This document shows, piece after piece, positions 36,151-41,456 of a stretch of 41,456 bases of DNA. Position 1 is the stretch's first letter; each line of letters begins with the position of its first letter. The position numbers and the translations under genes are program-made. Under the pieces are notes generated by a model. That model saw only the letters and a list, made by a program, of their open reading frames with translations. It was not told the DNA's origin and ran no database searches. Origin of the DNA: Sphaeroforma arctica JP610 (taxonomy: Eukaryota); contig NW_014039968.1 in NCBI RefSeq assembly GCF_001186125.1, positions 16,290 to 57,745 on the forward strand, written 5' to 3'.

Positions 36151-39100
36151 GCCCAGAACAGACTTTAGACTGTCAGAGGATGTGTGGGTACGCTTTAATG
36201 CGCCGCTTGAGCCACCAATAGCAGATACGGCGGTTCTCCCTGCAGCTCTGGCCCCGAATTCTTGGGCAGGACGGACACCCACGTATAAGCAACGTACGAT
36301 GCTCGCTTCGGTTCAGACGCCGGTACCACAAGTGGTGGGCTGCTTAGCGGCGTCATTGGACAGGGCCGAGCAGGCCTGTGGCGTTTCCTCACCAAATGTT
36401 GATCCATGGACCACCTTACATGCGTGTCCCGTCCGAAGTATATGGGGCGTCCTCCTTACGGCAGCACAAGTAGTCAGAGTTCTTCGATACACGCATGCGC
36501 TCTACTCCCATTGTGGCATGCGCAGGCTAGAACTCCTTATTGATTCTCTATTTGGCTGGGAGGGGCTCCGAGATCAGGTTCGCGTAGTCCATTTGGTCAG
36601 CGAGTCCTGCCAGCGGCATGGGCTGATCGGACATATATCGAAGGGCTTGCTTCAGCAGACACTAGTGCTAGTTACTGGGCGCTCGGAAGGATGGAACATG
36701 GGCTTTGTTCATTTCTCAAAGGCCACATGCGGGGAGTGCATGTTGTTGTGCGCGACCAACATGTTCTCAAACTTATTGGTCGTACGTGTGTACACTAAGA
36801 AGGGACCCCGGGCTAAGACCACAGCGGCGGTGATAGCATTTGTGCAAGAGCAAATCCTCCCCTGGGGCGTTCCCAAGGTCGCACAAGGGGATCCAGATTC
36901 GGTCTTCGGCACCCAATTCAGCACGTGGTGTTTTGCCAGGGGAATAACGTATCGCCCCTGTACAGTCGCACACCACGAAGGTAATGGCCGTGTGGAGCGC
37001 TTTATTCGTACTTTTACTGAGTGGCTTGCACGATGTGCGGATCAGCATTCCTTGGATGAATGGGTATCCAACATCCACGATTGTGCTGCCAGTTACAACT
37101 CGACGGCGCGGTCGGGCAAGATGATGAGTCCTCATTTTATCCATACGAGTCGAATATATGACGGCATGCAAAGGCTGGCATTGGAGGACAAATAAGGTAA
37201 CATGATCCTCACGGAGCGCGGGTTCTTGGCGGTTCCTCATGACAAAGTCGGCCATCGGCTAAATATTCGTGCGCAGCAGTCCGCACAGGTGGCGGCCGAC
37301 AAACGCCGCATGAAACTTCCAGCTTTCCGGTAAGGGCTCGGGTGAGGTTCTGGCGCGATGTCGGTCAACATAGGCTTACGCGCATGTGGTACGATCCGGC
37401 CGTGGTCCAAGCAGTTACACATGTGAACATGCACAAGCTACGCTATAATGGCAAAACATATACGGTGCACAGGACTTATGTGGACGCATATCACGATTCG
37501 GTGGACCCTGGTACACCAGAGACACCGGCAGCACAACGGGTCACACTGGTGGGCACGTATGCGGCCTGATTACTATGGGTCTCGGCATTTCGCCTGCTAC
37601 CTCATACTGAACGTCATACCTTGTCCAGACTTATGAAGACGAACTTGATGGCCCAGAAGTGGTTAGACCGATCGCAGTCGGCTTAAGAACAGTTCCAGGG
37701 AGTTATTGATAACTGTGTAGATGCAGGTGACAATACTCTGCTCGAATATAGGGACACCATTGAATTGATCAGCAATCATTTGCTTAGTGATGTGGCAGCT
37801 GCCTGTCTGGTGAACCACATTCAAGAATCTCCTTTGGTGCATGCAATCATAATGGGCAATGATCCGGGTTTTAGGACGCATATGCGAGTTGCGTCTGAAG
37901 AAGACGCCGAATTCTAACTATTAAAGTGGCAGATTGATATATATGTGTACATACCTATAGCAGTTAGGGTGACTGGGCCGCACTGGTTGAAGGTCTCTTA
38001 ACAGCATTTGATGGCTACGTTACCTACTGGTTGGCACTTCGTAGGTCTATCCGTATTCGCTGTGTTGCCCAAGTATATGGCTCGACGTATGAATCGCATT
38101 GACTGTGCTGGGGATTGCGTATGGGAGGTGGTATGCTGCGGCAGGTCGCCCTCACTACTGTCACTTACAAGGGCAGGTAGTTCGTCCGCGCTATCCACGT
38201 ACCCCTCGTCCGAAGACCAGTCGGTGTTAGGCACGCCACTTGTAATAGATCGGAACTCAGGATGTGTGAGGGTTGGATATTAGGAAGCATTAGCATAAGG
38301 TATTGCCCGTATATGGTGCTACGTAGGGGCATACGCACGTCTGGATCGTCGAGATATGCGACCCTAAGCTGAGGGTGTGGTAGGTTCTCGTCTGTGATTG
38401 AGGGTGCTGATTGAGTCTGGGGATAGGGTGTGTACATGTTTAGGAAGTGGGGGCTGGCATCCGATCAGCGTTACGTGGACTTTCTTTGTCTGTGCCCTCC
38501 CATTCTATGAAGGGTGGTGCAGGATGGCTAATTCTGGTCATACCAGTTCAGATGCTACAGTTAGTTGTCAGCTGGTGTGGAATAGTGTGTACGCAATATG
38601 AGTGTTTTGCAGGGGATGTGCAGTTATGATTTTGCAGAGGTTTGGGCTGGGGCATTTTGCATTGGGACTTTGTGTTTTTCTCAGTCCCAAGACTCCAGCC
38701 TCCTTTTGCTTGTTTGTTTTTTTATGAATGTTTGAAAATATGTCACGACTGGCCAATTTCACGGTGTCAAAGGGATAGTGCATCCGCGTTAGAACTGGCG
38801 AATTTCTTATACGAGCACTTATCCAACTTTGCACATGAAGTGACCCCACTTCGGACGTTGTCTAATCTTAAGCCAAAGGAACCGATTGGGGATCTTTGGA
38901 AATCAGAACACCAATTGGCACGGGAGCAGATGAGGGAGGTAGTTGTGTCGGCAGTTGTGTTCGTCTGAACTTTCCGGTCGAAGGTGTGCCACTTGAGTTG
39001 GAAACGGACGCAAATGATTAAGACATTGGTGGGGGGTTGTTTCATCGACGGACACAAACGTCACCTGATTTTCTTCTCGACGACGCTTAACCAGGCATAG

Positions 39101-39713
39101 CAAACGTATGCAACACCGATGAAAGAAACTGTGAGCACTTGCCTATGTATTGGTTCATTTTCATGACCACCTCTGATTGGACAGCGATTTACCGTACACA
39201 CGGATCATAAGGCACTCATATACATGAATATTTGTTGAACTGAAATGGTATGCTGCAGCGTTGGCATCACATCATTGCAAAATTCAATTCTACTATTACA
39301 GGGAACGATATCAACTACCCAGCTGTGCTCTACACATCGTGTAGGAATTTATAACCAGATTTCTCTGACCAAGATCAGAAGCATTTTGAGCCTAACGACG
39401 ACGATGCTTTTACATCGAGTCACAACGCTCAACTCCGACAATACTGATCGTATGAAAAGTATGTCTAAATATGACTAGAACAAGTAAAATACATACATAA
39501 ACCCACCATGGTGTCATAAACATAAGGTACTATGCAAGGTGTTGGCTGACTAGGTGTCTGCATCTTCTCCTTCGGGCTATAAGGTCAATCCATCGTTTTG
39601 GTGCGTCTGGGTCTGGAGGTATCTGTATGTGAGGAAGCTAGTACACTTTATCAAGAGAACTGGACATAACCAGAGATGACTAGACGTGCGAAGTACCCTA
39701 CTAGGCAGATTTT

Positions 39714-39813
39714 AGGACCGGACCAGAGGACCGGACGTGAGAGAGGCGTTTAGGACCGGACCAGAGAATCGGACCAGAGAGATGAGTTTGGGACCGAACC
39801 AGAGGACCGGACC
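39714..39813. repeat. GGACC(GGACC)AGAG short-repeat cluster, about 3 higher-order units
   Basis: TTTAGGACCGGACCAGAG twice, then TTTGGGACCGAACCAGAG. Confidence 0.85.
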
Positions 39814-39818
39814 GCTTG

Positions 39819-40221
39819 GTGGAATAGAGAATTTAATGAGAAGAAAGTGATGACTCATCCGAAACCATAAAGACGGGTATCACATGACCCGATGGTAGAG
39901 AAGGTCTCGTTCCGCATAGGATCGTGATTAATAAAAATAACAGGCGCGTCATTTCCAATGGCACTTCTGACTGAGTTCACTTGTTTCAGACTTAACACTA
40001 TTTACTAAGCGTTCCTCGGAGTGGAATAGAGAATTTGATGAGAAGAAAGTGATGACTCATCCGAAACCATAAAGTCGGGTATCACATTACCCGATGGTAG
40101 AGAAGGTCTCGTTCCGCATAGGATCGTGATTAATAAAAATAACAGGCGCGCCATTTCCAATGGCACTTCTGACTGAGTTCACTTGTTTCAGACTTAACAC
40201 TATTTACTAAGCGTTCGTCGG
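39819..40221. repeat. Tandem duplication, 2 x ~202 bp
   Basis: GTGGAATAGAGAATTT... at 39819 and 40021; about 5 substitutions. Confidence 0.95.
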
Positions 40222-41456
40222 TTTTGACCACATTCTTAAGCGACCAAACTACTGTAATTAATTCATTACGTTCTTTACAGAAAGCTAACTAAAATCAATT
40301 AGTTATGCAATTTTTGTTACCGTGATGAATGAAATTGATACGGGAGCAAGAAAGCCTGTGCTCGATTGTTGAAACAACTGCTTTGAATTTATCGGCAATC
40401 GCCATTGCGTACTGAGGGGGTGGCGAAATAATTTTCTTCTTATTCGATACCGGATGAAGAACCCAAGATAAAGGTACATGCTACGCTAGACCATTTTGGT
40501 AGCTGAGCTCAACAATCTATTTCTACGTTGGACAAGGCCATACAATATATTGAAAGGGTTATCAAGCGGAGCGACAACTTGTGGATGCTGACACATATGC
40601 AGAAAGATAAACAGGTTACTCTGCTAATTCGACTACTAGTTCAGCAATTTTGGGGATTTTGAATAGATTGGGTTGCCTCACCTCTAGGCAATGGCACAAT
40701 CTGGACGGATGAGGACTATGCGATTGATAGGAACTCAAGAAATACTTTTCAGGCATCAAACCAAATCTATAAGCTCCGAACTTGACAATTATACGAACGG
40801 TAATGCCTCATACTATTTGGCCGTCCGAGGCTGAACCAGTAAATACTGTATAAGAGCTCGTGTACATGATAAACATGTGGGGGTGACCAAGGGCAACGAT
40901 ATTAGATAATACAGTGTAAAACAACAAAGGGTTAAATTTGAATTTCAGAACGACATATACAGGGTTCAAATTAAGCGAAACGGCAACTGGTCGAAGGTGT
41001 CATTGCTAGGACACCACCAAAAATTCTCAAAGACATCATATCTGGTATTAAAGTGGGCGGCAGGCGTGTACATAAAAGGTACAAGTACGGCGGTCGCCGT
41101 CGGCATTGCATCTCAGAGATATTTAACGTACGCAACGGACAACACCAGAAAGGCATCAGGTTAATTTGGAAAATTACACAATTTTTAGGATTTATGTTTG
41201 ACTCGGAGGCACCTCGGCTAACGGCTATTTGGGTACTGGTGGTGACGCAGGCGGTTTGCTCACGGCGGCAATACTCATGGTCAGGCTGGTTTCAACTATT
41301 TTTTAGTTTTTGAACTGGTGCATGACAGCTACATGCGTAACCATTGTCCGAAAAGATGCGTGAGGGATGTGTAAGGGAATTATAAGTATTGCCTTACATG
41401 ATGTGCTGGCGACGGCAACATCTACAACGATATGTAAGCCGGTGAATATTTATAAA

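Larger units (their letters stand above)
32202..37570 (+). mobile_element. Ty3/Gypsy-type LTR retrotransposon, element 2 (partial gag-PR-RT-RH-N6A MTase-IN), heavily decayed
   Basis: Starts TGTAAG. CCHC knuckle CYSCNSMKHRQYQC 32949-32990; protease DVDTG ~33475; RT ADLGQSF/MPFGL/YIDG; RNase H FSDAC..YTDHQPL..YVKGRE; MTase ~35755-36150; integrase HALYSHCG, WGVPKVAQGDPDSVF, GNGRVERF. Confidence 0.9.
39500..41456 (+). mobile_element. Possible third decayed retroelement 5' region (leader plus gag-like relic)
   Basis: CA|TGGTGTC at ~39509. GTTGGCTGACTAGG (39541) resembles GTTGGCTGGCTAGG in the element-2 leader. Stop-riddled coding-like sequence after ~40330. Confidence 0.25.

Noticed and set aside
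26776..37570. Calling the elements ordinary DIRS1 because of the MTase
   Set aside because: No tyrosine-recombinase motif seen. Both have an aspartic protease and HHCC/rve integrase, and the RT/RH motifs look Gypsy-like.
39848..39970. GTGATGA...CTGA in the 202-bp duplication as tandem snoRNAs
   Set aside because: No convincing terminal stem or guide; lies in TE context.
37570..41456. 3' LTR of element 2
   Set aside because: No copy of TGTAAGACTGAGAC...ATCACA found; only a weak AAGATCAGA match near 39371.

Overview
Intron-rich eukaryotic DNA (GT-AG introns, long (TA)n tracts, two scaffold gaps). A unicellular opisthokont or holozoan-type host is my guess only. The first ~22.5 kb holds four host genes: an ANTH-domain clathrin adaptor (PICALM/AP180-like, +), PA2G4/Ebp1 (-), a pepsin-family aspartic protease (+) and an intronless tandem-PDZ syntenin-like gene (-), plus an orphan VWA8-like exon. 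From ~23.8 kb to the end is a nest of decayed LTR retrotransposons. The main finding is that two highly divergent Ty3/Gypsy-type elements (26776-32201 on -, 32202-~37570 on +) both carry a DIRS/phage-Dam-type N6-adenine DNA methyltransferase domain between RNase H and an HHCC/DDE integrase, giving the order PR-RT-RH-MTase-IN. This domain is established in DIRS1 tyrosine-recombinase elements, but I do not know of it in integrase-using Gypsy elements. Element 1 also shows a possible Tf1-like self-priming site instead of a tRNA primer-binding site. Short, recent tandem duplications are frequent throughout. All calls are from manual reading and motif recall; no searches were run.
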